Assembly: GCA_965224025.1 (NCBI GenBank)
Contig: OZ245033.1
Span: 3,968,001 to 4,032,000 of the forward strand
Length of the DNA stretch: 64,000 nucleotides
Reading direction: 5' to 3'
DNA from: Candidatus Multivorans sp.
GTDB lineage: Bacteria; Acidobacteriota; Thermoanaerobaculia; Multivoradales; Multivoraceae
Part shown: positions 41,435 to 50,686 of the stretch, in pieces
Layout: each line of letters starts with the position of its first letter
Numbering within the stretch: position 1 is the stretch's first letter
The notes under the pieces: generated by a model
The model's database searches: none
The model's input: only the letters and a program-made list of their open reading frames with translations
Told to the model about the DNA's origin: nothing
Program-made: the position numbers and the translations under genes

Positions 41435-43295
41435 CTAGATTCCTTGAGCAGATTCCTTGAGCAGGCGTGACCTTTACAGTTGAGGCAAGTTTCTGCGGCA
41501 AGTTACCCGCGCTGGTGTTCATGCTGCGAGCGGTTGTCCGATCCAGGCTCTCTGGAGCTCGCGATCATAGGAGGCAAGAGCGCTGCGGATTTTCGAGTTG
41601 GCTTCCGGGTCGCTGGTGGCCGAGAGGACAGGTCCGAGCACTCGTGCGTGCGTTCGGTGGTAGGCGAGAGCGATGCGGAGTCCTTCGGGAGTGAGCCGGT
41701 ACCTCTGGGTGTGGGGAATCCGTTCGATGATTCCCCGCAGACGGAGGCGTCGCAGATCGTAGGTCATGCGGGAAGGCCCGTAGTCCTCCGGTTGGAGTCC
41801 GCACAACCCGGCCACGGTCTGGCGCAGGTCGCGATTGCGGAAGCCCTGCGGCAGCAGGTTGAACCGCAGCAGGGCGGCGAACAGGCCCTGCACTCTTTGG
41901 TCGCCGAAGCGGAGTGCCGAAGCGCGTTGGCCGTTGGCGCAGGTCGGACGGTGCAGGTCGTCGAGCACCTGGGCTCCGATCATGCAGTCGCGGCTGAGAC
42001 GTTGGACGCCGAGCAGGCGTCGATTGGCGGCGAAGCCGATCCTTTCAGATCATCGAGGTTTCTCAGCCGGCGACCGACATCGAAGTCGTAGGTGTCGTTG
42101 ATCACCGTTTCGGTGCGCAGGGCGCGCCCTTCCTTGTAGTACTGCTTGATCCGCGAGTGCTTGTAGTCCACGTGCAACGACGGCGTCACTCCCGAGGTGA
42201 TGACGCGCGTGCGGTACGCCGAGGGCGTGCGGCGGGTGATCCGCCGGTCGAAGATCAACTGAACGTGCTCGGGCCGACCCATGTCGAGGTTTTCCCGCAT
42301 CACCTCCTCGAAGAAGACCCGGCCCTGCAACGGACGGTCGAAGACCTGGGTCAAGGCGAACTCGGCCTGAAGTATCGACAGGTCGTAGCGAATGCCTTGC
42401 CGCCTGTCCCGGGCCGCGAACGGGTGAGGCAGTCGGGCCAGCCACTTGCGCAGCAGCGCATCGATCCTGTCCGCGTCGAGGCTGTCGGCCAACTGCTGCA
42501 TCGCCTCCGGGTCCGAGCAGTGCAGAATGCCGTTGTCCAGCGACTCGTACCTGATCCCCCGCTTGCTCAACTGACGCTTCAGGTACTCGTGGCCGTTGAT
42601 GCACAGCTTCGCGTTGTACGGGAAGTACGAGCAGAACTTCACGAAGAACGGACCGAAGTCATCGTCGAACGCGTAGAAGTAGTAGTGGTTCACCATCGCC
42701 GTCGAGTCCGTCAACCACGGATACCAAACGCCCGACGAACTCTGGCGGCGCCGCGAGCGCAACACCCGAGCCTTCTCCTGGGCCTTGCCGATGTACAGCA
42801 CACCCTCCCCACCGCGCCACTGGCGAAGGAACTCCCGGGTACGGTCGTCTTTCCGCTCGCCGCGCCGGAACGAGACGATCTCGACCCGGTGCTGCCTCGC
42901 GTAGCCCTTGATCGCCGCCACGAAGCGCCTCGTCATCGGCGCCATCAGTACCGACGACGGCACCTGCCAGCCCTGCAACTCCCGGAAGAACCAGGCCGCG
43001 CCGACGCCCCGCTGAAGCAGCGGAACATAGACGTTGAGGTACATCCTGTCGACGCTCTCAAGCGTCAACGACGTGTGATCCGAAAGAACCTCGGCTACGC
43101 TGCGTGCTACCTTCATGGACGGACTCCGGTCGATGGGCTCCTCACCGGCCAGCATACGGCCACCTTCGCCCATGAGCGACTATCGAGGCGGATTCTCTCC
43201 GCGGCTGGAGCAGCGCCCGGGGTCCGATCAAGCTCAGACCCACAACCAGACACCGCCCAGTACATGCTCGTCGGTCTGAGGCGAAGCCTCGCTAG
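41435..43295 (-). mobile_element. CTAG-bounded element with non-inverted ends encoding a putative transposase
   Basis: CTAG at 41435-41438 and 43292-43295; ends shared with the 135-bp copy; one long ORF inside. Confidence 0.82.
41519..43116 (-). pseudogene. Putative transposase (about 530 aa) with C-terminal winged HTH; -1 frameshift near 42045
   Basis: Frames join as NLDDLK/RIGFAANRRLLGVQRLS; DRMYLN, IKQYYKEGRALRTETVIN, YDLRRLRLRGIIERIPHTQRYRLT. Confidence 0.75.
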
Positions 43296-43297
43296 CG

Positions 43298-43759
43298 TTA
43301 GCCCAGGACTTCGACGACCAGGTACTCGCCCTCGCGGATGACCGGGTAGGTCTCGGCCGTGTACGGCCCCTTGACCATGCCCGGGGCCGGGGCCTCGGGG
43401 TCTTCGATCGGGGCCTCGGCGAGTTCCTCCCCGGCGACCGTTTCGACTTCGTAGCGACGCACCCGCAGTCGTTCGGGCGCGCACCAGGACTGGCCGGTGC
43501 GGACGTGGAACTCCCAGCCGTGCCAGGGACAGCAGAGGATCTCGCGGCTCGGGCGGTACTCGAAGGCGCCGGGACGCTCGGAACGGAGGACGCCCCAGAG
43601 CTTGCCCTCGCACAGCTTGCCGCCCTGGTGCGGGCAGCGGTTGCGGAGCGCGAAGAACTCGCCGTCGAGATTGAAGATGCCGATCGAGCGGCCGGCGACG
43701 GTCACGATCTTGCGGCCGCCCGATTCGATCTCGGACGCCTCGGAGACGACGTACTTCAT
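43298..43759 (-). CDS. Rieske (2Fe-2S) ferredoxin
   Basis: CPHQGG and CPWHGWEF. Confidence 0.92.
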   Translation of the reverse strand: MKYVVSEASEIESGGRKIVTVAGRSIGIFNLDGEFFALRNRCPHQGGKLCEGKLWGVLRSERPGAFEYRPSREILCCPWHGWEFHVRTGQSWCAPERLRVRRYEVETVAGEELAEAPIEDPEAPAPGMVKGPYTAETYPVIREGEYLVVEVLG

Positions 43760-43799
43760 GCGCGGATCGCCTACGCCGAGATCGAGCCCCGCGAATGCC

Positions 43800-44909
43800 C
43801 TAGAGCCCGTAGAGGGCGCGCGCGTTCTCGGACTGGATGCCGCGGACGAGATCCTCGTCGAGCCCCGACGGGAGCACGACATCTGGATTGTCGCCGTCCC
43901 AGTGCGGGTAGTCGCTGGCGATCAGGATGTGGCTTGCCAGGCCGCCGAAGTGCTCGATCAGAGCCAGGAAGTCCCGGCGCCTGGGCGGCTCCTCGATCGG
44001 CTGCGTGGTCACGTAGACGTGCTCGGAGATGACCTCCGACGGCAAACGCCCAAGATGCGGCGCTTCCTCACGCAGCAGACTCCAGGCGGAGTCGAGGCGC
44101 CAGATCAGGGGCGGCAGCCAGGCGAAACCGTTCTCGACCGAGATCATCCGCAGGCTCGGGAAGCGGTCGAACGCGCCCTCGACGACCATGCTGGTGATGT
44201 TCGCCTGCACCGCCTGCGGCGGGCTCGTGTGGTCCTCGATGTAGTACGAGGCGTGGCCGGCGCCGGTGATCGGGTGACCGTAGGCGCCGAAGGCGTGCGA
44301 GGCGACGTGCATTCCGGTCTCGGCGCAGGCCTCGTAGATCGGCCAGTACTTGCGGCGGCCCATCGGCTCCTGCATCCGTCCCAGGAACAACACCTGGACG
44401 AAGCGACCGTCGGCGCCGCAGCGCCGTATCTCCGCCGCCGCGGCGACCGGGTCCTGCGGAGTCACGACCACGGACGCGCGCAGCCGCGGCTCGGGGTCGA
44501 GCCACTCGGCGATCTGCCAGTCGTTGGCGGCGGTGGCAAGCGCCGCGCCGAGTTCCAGGTCGAGCGCCGAGGTCACAGGCGTCAGCGGGTTCAGGATGGC
44601 GTACTCGACGTTGTACGGATCGAGGAAGTCCTCGGCGGCGAAGCCGACTTCCGAGCCGGGGGTGCGGCCTGACGGCGGCCGCGCCTCCTCGCGATGGTCC
44701 ATGAAGCGCGGGTAGTAGCCGCTGTTCGGGTGGCGCACGCCGAAGGTCTTGAGGTGGTTGCGCCAGCGCTTCGACAGATACGGGTAGAGGTCCTTGATCG
44801 AGTCGAGCTCGTTGTGGAAGTCGCAGTCGATGATCGGCGGTCGCTTCGGCGCCACCGCGGTAGGAAGCGCCGAGGCCTCCGTGGATGGCTCGATCAGGGT
44901 GACGGTCAT
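43800..44909 (-). CDS. Amidohydrolase_2 family protein
   Basis: IDCDFH, ENGFAWLP, ASDYPHWD. Confidence 0.9.
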   Translation of the reverse strand: MTVTLIEPSTEASALPTAVAPKRPPIIDCDFHNELDSIKDLYPYLSKRWRNHLKTFGVRHPNSGYYPRFMDHREEARPPSGRTPGSEVGFAAEDFLDPYNVEYAILNPLTPVTSALDLELGAALATAANDWQIAEWLDPEPRLRASVVVTPQDPVAAAAEIRRCGADGRFVQVLFLGRMQEPMGRRKYWPIYEACAETGMHVASHAFGAYGHPITGAGHASYYIEDHTSPPQAVQANITSMVVEGAFDRFPSLRMISVENGFAWLPPLIWRLDSAWSLLREEAPHLGRLPSEVISEHVYVTTQPIEEPPRRRDFLALIEHFGGLASHILIASDYPHWDGDNPDVVLPSGLDEDLVRGIQSENARALYGL

Positions 44910-45928
44910 GGCAACCCTCCTTCTGAAAGGCGGTAGAAGCTGCGCGCGTTCTCCGACCTGATCTTACGCCCAAGCCCTTCCGGCAGCAGCCGCAGCAGCA
45001 GATCGCCGGCGTCGCGGACGTGGACGTGGGGGTAGTCGCTGGCGTAGAGCAACAGGTCGTCCGAGCCGAGCTGGTCGACGACTTCGCACAGGTGCGCCGG
45101 GTCCGGCGGCGCATCGAGCGGCTGGATGCCGACCCTCACGTGCTCGCGGAAGTAGTCGGACGGCGGGCGGCGCACCCAGGGCACCAGCCGCCTCAAGTTC
45201 CGCCACTCCTTGTCCATCCGCCAAAGGTGAGCTGGAATCCAGGTGAAGCCTGACTCCAGGAAGACGACCCGCAGATTGGGACAGGCGTCGAACACCCCCT
45301 CGACGATCATGCTCGTGAGCTGGGTCGCGAACACCTGCGCCATCGCGGTGTACTCCTCGAGGAAGAAGGACGGCCAGCCGGTCGGCGTCGGCGGCATGAC
45401 GGGGGCGCCGCCGAAGTGGATTGCCGCCACCAGCCCGCTCTCCTCGATCGTCTTCCAGAGGGGGTGGTAGTGGCGGCTTCCCAGCGGGTGCTCGGTGCGA
45501 ACCGGGATCAGCACCTGGACGAAGCCGGGTCGGTCGGCGCAACGCTCGACCTCCTCCGCGGCGTCAGCCGGCAGTTGGATCGGCGCCACCATCGAACCGC
45601 GGAGCCGCGGCTCCGGCTCCAGCCAGTCCCGGGCCTGCCAGTCGTTCACCGCCCTCGCGAGCGCGATGGCGGCATCCGGGTTGTGGATGCTGTCGACCGC
45701 GTAGAGGCAGCTCGAGATCGCCAGCTCGGCGCCGCCCTGATCGAAGACCGTCTCGCGCAGTTCCTCCAGGCCGCCGCGGCGGCCGGCTACCGGCGACCGC
45801 GGCGGGTAGTACTCCTGGGAGGCGCCCTTGTCCACCGTGTTGTTGAAGTGCTCGACCCAATGGCCGGGCAGCAAGGGCAGCAGATCCTTCAGGCGCGGAT
45901 TGGGGATGTGAACGTCGGCGTCGATCAT
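44906..45928 (-). CDS. Amidohydrolase_2 family protein
   Basis: IDADVH, ESGFTW, ASDYPH. Confidence 0.9.
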   Translation of the reverse strand: MIDADVHIPNPRLKDLLPLLPGHWVEHFNNTVDKGASQEYYPPRSPVAGRRGGLEELRETVFDQGGAELAISSCLYAVDSIHNPDAAIALARAVNDWQARDWLEPEPRLRGSMVAPIQLPADAAEEVERCADRPGFVQVLIPVRTEHPLGSRHYHPLWKTIEESGLVAAIHFGGAPVMPPTPTGWPSFFLEEYTAMAQVFATQLTSMIVEGVFDACPNLRVVFLESGFTWIPAHLWRMDKEWRNLRRLVPWVRRPPSDYFREHVRVGIQPLDAPPDPAHLCEVVDQLGSDDLLLYASDYPHVHVRDAGDLLLRLLPEGLGRKIRSENARSFYRLSEGGLP

Positions 45929-46308
45929 GGCCCGGTCGCTCCCGGCTCGAAGTAGTAGTGCCAGTGGTTGGAACAGCCGGGATTGAACGCCGCGCCGCAA
46001 GCCGGGCAGGTCGAATCGCAGGCCATGTACTGAGCAATCGTGAGCCGCAGGCCGCAGTTTCCACGCAAGACGGCTTCCCGGTCCCGTTCAGCCAGTGGCC
46101 AGACGGTCACGGGGTGGTCGGCCCCCTCGCGGTGGCAGTCGATGCACGGAAACCACTCGCCGCAGCACCTAAAACGCATGGCGACCACGTCGGTCGGGCC
46201 GTGGTAGTGGGCGCAGCGGGTCTGGGCATCGACCCGCACCCCCCGGACGACCGGCCGCGTTTGTTGCGCCGGCACGCCGGCACGCCCGGAAGACAGGTCC
46301 ACCGTCAT
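45925..46308 (-). CDS. CHY-type zinc finger protein
   Basis: RCAHYH, CC..FPC..CH, CPAC..FNPGC..H. Confidence 0.85.
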   Translation of the reverse strand: MTVDLSSGRAGVPAQQTRPVVRGVRVDAQTRCAHYHGPTDVVAMRFRCCGEWFPCIDCHREGADHPVTVWPLAERDREAVLRGNCGLRLTIAQYMACDSTCPACGAAFNPGCSNHWHYYFEPGATGP

Positions 46309-47261
46309 GGCAGCGCCAGCGCCACCAGCTTCGGCGTCGTCCCGGCGCTAAACGCCGCGATCTGTTCCTCCGTGAGGTCCAGGCCGGCGTCTTCCGCAAG
46401 CTCCCCGATATTGGCGAAAAACGAGCCGCCGCCCGCGCTCGGCAGCATCAGCGTGCCGGCGCCTGCGCTCGGCGGCGTGAACAGCGGACCCATGCGGAAC
46501 CTGGACGCGATCTTCTTGGCCTCGGCGAGCAGTTCCGGCGTCAGATCGATCAGATCATCCTCGCTCACGCCCTGACGATCGAAGGGCACCGGTTTGGTCG
46601 GGAACGGCTGGGTCTCCGAGGCGCGCTCGCCGGGAACGTCGGAGACGGGCACGGGGAGTTCCTCGATGTCCCAGACCGGATCCCCGGTGACGCGGTCGAG
46701 AACGTAAGCGAACGCCTGCTTCGAGACCCGCGCCAGCGCCTTGATGTCCCGACCGTCGACGGTGATATCGACCAGTTGGGGCGGAGTCGGGAAATCGTAG
46801 TCCCACGGCCCGTGATGGATAGCCTGAAAGTGCCATACCCGCTCGCCGGTCAGGCCGTCGAGCGCGATCAGCCGGCGGTCGTGGGTGGGAAGGAAGATCC
46901 GCGTTTCGTCACGACTGCGGCCGTCCTGTTCGACCGACCCCCGCCAGGCGGCCACACCGCGGTGCTGGAAGCCGATGTTCGCCGGCCGGCCCGCGCGCCA
47001 GGACTCTGGATCGTAGGACCACAGAGTCTCTCCGGTGGCGGCGTCGACGGCCGCTGCCTGGGCAACCTCGGTGGCGACGTACACCACGCCGCCCAGCATG
47101 ATCGGAATCGGCTTGAACTGGCCCGGCTTGACCGCCTTGTTCGCGTCGGCGTCCTGGGCGAAGCAGGGCGTCCCCAGGGCAAGCGCCACCATGGCCGCGG
47201 TTCGGCTCGCGCGCCAACAGTTTCTTGCCAGTCGCACCCGATGCAGCCGCGTCTTGTACAT
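46305..47261 (-). pseudogene. PQQ-dependent (glucose/quinate-type) dehydrogenase remnant with in-frame internal deletions
   Basis: RGVAAW, WHFQAIHHGPWDYD, ETQPFPTKP; only 318 aa. Confidence 0.75.
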
Positions 47262-47330
47262 CGCCAGAGCCTACAGTCCAGACGGCGCAACCGTTCCGCT
47301 CCAGAGTTATTCGGCAGTACAATCCCGCAC

Positions 47331-47588
47331 ATGCATACCACCAATCTGCGCAAGGTCGGCGGCTCGGTCATGCTCGCGGTGCCCCCGGTGCTTCTTGATC
47401 TTCTGAAACTCAGTGCTGGCGCCAGGGTGGATATCGGCGTCGAAGGGGACCGTCTGATCATTGCGCCCAGAACCCGCGCGAGCTACTCGCTCGACGAGCT
47501 GCTGGCCCAGTGCGACGAGACCGCCCCGGTCGACGACGAGGATCGGGCGTGGCTCGACGGCCCGCCTCTCGGCAACGAACTCTTGTAA
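47331..47588 (+). CDS. AbrB/MazE (PemI-like) antitoxin
   Basis: TNLRKVGGSVMLAVPP, YSLDELLAQCD; TACAAT 7 nt before the ATG. Confidence 0.9.
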   Translation: MHTTNLRKVGGSVMLAVPPVLLDLLKLSAGARVDIGVEGDRLIIAPRTRASYSLDELLAQCDETAPVDDEDRAWLDGPPLGNELL

Positions 47589-47800
47589 TGCGGCGCGGCG
47601 AGATCTTGCTCGTCAGCCGATCCCACCGCCGGCCATGAACAACGGGGGACACGGCCGGTCGTGATTGTCTCCCCCGCACGCTTCAACGAGTTGACCAGGA
47701 CGCCGGTCGTCCTCCCAATCACTAAGGGTGGAAGCTTCGCGCGCCAGCGCGGCTTCACGGTCTCGCTCCACGACGCGGGTACTCGAACCGTCGGCAGTTC
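47588..47800 (+). pseudogene. PemK/MazF toxin, frameshifted and truncated
   Basis: MRRGEILLVS / DPTAGHEQRG / RPVVIVSPARFN..PVVLPITKGG in shifting frames. Confidence 0.8.
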
Positions 47801-48154
47801 GTTCATCCCCGCGGACGGCCGCTGGAGCAGAGCCCAGCGCCACCGCCGGTGGGGCTCCGGTGGTCCCGGAAACTGGACAGGTCGCCAAGGCGCGGCCATG
47901 GCGACGACTCAATTCCTTCGGGAATCGTGAATCTGGCGGCCCAGCCACGACGACAGTCGTTAGCTGCTGCGGAATCAGCAAATACCGCCAGGACGACTCC
48001 TGAAGCCCTCCCAAAGGGTAGCTCGTCCGTCTTGACCGCTACTGACTTGCGACCCTTTGGCCGATCTGCAGTAGACCTGCGGACAGGGTCTGAGCTATCT
48101 GCGTGACTTTCGCTTCTGCGACCTGCCGGGACGCCCTCTCCGCTCTCGGCGTAG

Positions 48155-48854
48155 CGGAACCTGTCAACGACTTGACACAGGACTTCTCGGACTTACTGAG
48201 CCATCTCCGATGTTTCGGGGTCGGGCCTGTTGATCCAGACGGCTTGGGCCAGCGGTTTGTGGGTGGTTCGCCGCCGACGAATCGTTCGGAGTGGCGTTTC
48301 CAGGCGGCGCGCGGGGCGCGCTGACGCTGTTCGAGCGCGGCCTGCGCCCGGCCGTAGTGGACGGTCTCGGGTGTCAGCATGGCGATGCCGGCATGCCGGT
48401 GCTCGGTGTTGTACCAGGGGAAGAAGGACCTGCAGTAGGCGGTCGCCGCGTCCTGGTTCGGAACCGACCGGGGAAGTCGGGATGGTACTTGAGGGTCTTG
48501 AAATGGGCTTCGGAGTAGGGGTTGTCTTCGCTGACCTGGGGCCGGCCCAGGGATCGATTCACACCGAGGCGGCGAGCAGTTGGGCGGTGCCCTGGCTGGT
48601 CATGGGTGCGCCTCGATCGGAGTGCAGGGTGAGAATGTCGGGCTCTACGCCGTGCTTGAGACAGGTTTCCTCGATGAGCCTTTGGGCGAGCGCGGAGTTC
48701 TCCCGGTCGGCGACCATCCAGCCGGCCACGTAGCGGCTGAAGAGGTCGAGCAGGACGTAGAGGTAGTAGCAGGTCCAGGTTCGTGGTCCGCGCAGCCTGG
48801 TGATGTCCCACGACCAGACCTGGTTCGGTGCGGTGGCGACCAGCTCCGGCTTGG
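48155..48854 (-). mobile_element. Degenerate partial copy of the IS3-like element at 1-1140
   Basis: Homologous to orfB 3' half (NPYSEAHFKTLKYHPDFP) with frameshifts; same terminal motif. Confidence 0.85.
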
Positions 48855-49169
48855 TCGCGCATGAACTCGGCCATGCACTATCAGGAACGTGAGGCAGCCG
48901 AGGATCGCCTCAGCCCAGCGGATTCTGCTTCGCCCATCCAGGCGTAGCCCCAGAACCCCGGTGGAACCCTGAGCAGGGGACAGGCCCCCCCGCCGATGCG
49001 GCCAGCCAACCCGGTGGGCCTCACTCCTCGACCCCGGCGACCGCCGACCGTCTGTAGTCTCCATCCTCTCCACGGTCCGAGCACGCTAACGCTCCTCTGG
49101 CAGCGATCAACCGAAGGTACGGTGAGCGAGACCTTGGGTCGTGCGGGGGCTCGGCCGCTTGGCCGACGG

Positions 49170-49350
49170 ACGGCCCCGGCGGGTCAAGGCGCTGCGGGAG
49201 CATGAGATCGGGGCGATCATTGCGTACTGCGATCGACTGGCGGCGCGGAAAGCGAGCCGGACCATGGCGATCCGGGACGCGGCCGTGATCGCCGTAGGCT
49301 TCGCCGGGACGCTGCGCAGGTCGGAGATCTGCGAGTTGCGCCTTGAGTCG
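49170..49350 (+). pseudogene. Tyrosine recombinase fragment
   Basis: RDAAVIAVGFAGTLRRSEICEL box I motif. Confidence 0.65.
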
Positions 49351-49447
49351 CCGCTTCGCCGCGTTCCCAGGACCGGCCATCCGCCCTCGGTAAGCCCAAG
49401 AACCGGGTTATCGTATGCGCCCGCAACGCACAGCCAGGAGGCCACTC

Positions 49448-50686
49448 ATGCCAGCACTCGACGGCCTGCGCATTCTCGATCTGACGCAGTACGAAGCCGG
49501 AACTTCGTGTACCCAGGCCCTGGCCTGGCTGGGCGCCGACGTGGTCAAGGTGGAGCGCCCGGGGACCGGCGATCCCGGGCGCGGTCTCGCGGGCGGGCGG
49601 AGCGCCGATGACTCCGAGTACTTCATCAACTGGAACAGCAACAAGCGCAGCATCGCGATCAACCTCGCTACGGAGGAGGGACGCGATCTGCTGCTGAAGC
49701 TGGCGCCCCGCTTCGACATCCTGATCGAGAACTTCGGCCCCGGAGTGGTCGAAAAGCTGCGCCTCGACTACGACTCGATTCATGAGGTTCACCCGGACGT
49801 GATCTACGGCCGGATCAAGGGCTTCGGCAATAGCGGCCCCTACAGCGACTTCAAGTGCTTCGACCCGGTGGCCCAGGCCGCGGGCGGCGCGATGTCGATC
49901 ACCGGCGACCCGGACGGGCCGCCGCTACGCCCCGGCACGACGATCGGCGACTGCGGAACCGGTGTGCTGATGGCGCTTGCGCTGTGCGCGGCTCACGCCA
50001 ACAAGCTCCGCACCGGCAAGGGTCAACTGGTCGAGATGTCGATGCAGGAGGGAGTGACCTGGTTCATGCGCACCGCGATCGCGATGGGCGGCGACTTCGG
50101 TGAGAAGGCCGCCCCCCGCAGCGGCTCCGGTCGCGGAGCGATGATGAACCTCTACCCCTGCAAGCCGTTCGGCCCCAACGACTACGTCTACATGCTGGTG
50201 GTCACGAACCGGATGTGGCACGCGCTCTGCGAGGCCATCGATCGCCAGGACCTGGCCGACGACGACCGCTACGCCACGCCCAAGCTGCGGCACGAGAGCA
50301 GCGACGAACTGTTCGAAGCGATTATCGACTGGACCCGCCGCCACACGAAGCAGGAGGCCATGTCCATCCTCGGGGACGCCGGCGTACCGGCCAGCGCGGT
50401 GCTCGACACGCTCGACCTGTTCGCGGATCCCCACCTCAACGAACGCGGGTTCGTGCACACCATCGACCACGAGGCCAAGGGTCCGGTCCGGCTGCTGGGC
50501 TCGCCGATGAACCTCAGCGACAACCAGGTCGAGATCGAGGCGGCGCCGCTGCTGGGCCGCCACACCGACAGCGTCCTGGCCGACGAACTCAACCTCACGC
50601 AAACTGACATCGACCGGCTGCGCGCGGACGGCGTGCTGGGCGCACTGCCTACTCCCGACGCAGACGGCCAGGAGACCAGGAGATGA
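49448..50686 (+). CDS. CoA-transferase family III (formyl-CoA transferase-like)
   Basis: ILDLTQYEAG, NSNKRS, ENFGPG, TIGD, APLLGRHT; RBS AGGAGG. Confidence 0.92.
   Translation: MPALDGLRILDLTQYEAGTSCTQALAWLGADVVKVERPGTGDPGRGLAGGRSADDSEYFINWNSNKRSIAINLATEEGRDLLLKLAPRFDILIENFGPGVVEKLRLDYDSIHEVHPDVIYGRIKGFGNSGPYSDFKCFDPVAQAAGGAMSITGDPDGPPLRPGTTIGDCGTGVLMALALCAAHANKLRTGKGQLVEMSMQEGVTWFMRTAIAMGGDFGEKAAPRSGSGRGAMMNLYPCKPFGPNDYVYMLVVTNRMWHALCEAIDRQDLADDDRYATPKLRHESSDELFEAIIDWTRRHTKQEAMSILGDAGVPASAVLDTLDLFADPHLNERGFVHTIDHEAKGPVRLLGSPMNLSDNQVEIEAAPLLGRHTDSVLADELNLTQTDIDRLRADGVLGALPTPDADGQETRR

Larger units (their letters stand above)
39943..41438 (+). mobile_element. IS110/IS1111-type left-end remnant, interrupted by ISL3 and truncated at 41435
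   Basis: TAAT followed by ATGGTCCGCCCC; inverted GGCGGACC before GTG 41388; stub VEEITRVGIDLGKHVY* with the GID motif. Confidence 0.65.

Noticed and set aside
42040-42050. Programmed frameshift in the putative transposase
   Set aside because: No clear slippery heptamer; other single-base indels in the window suggest decay or sequencing error.
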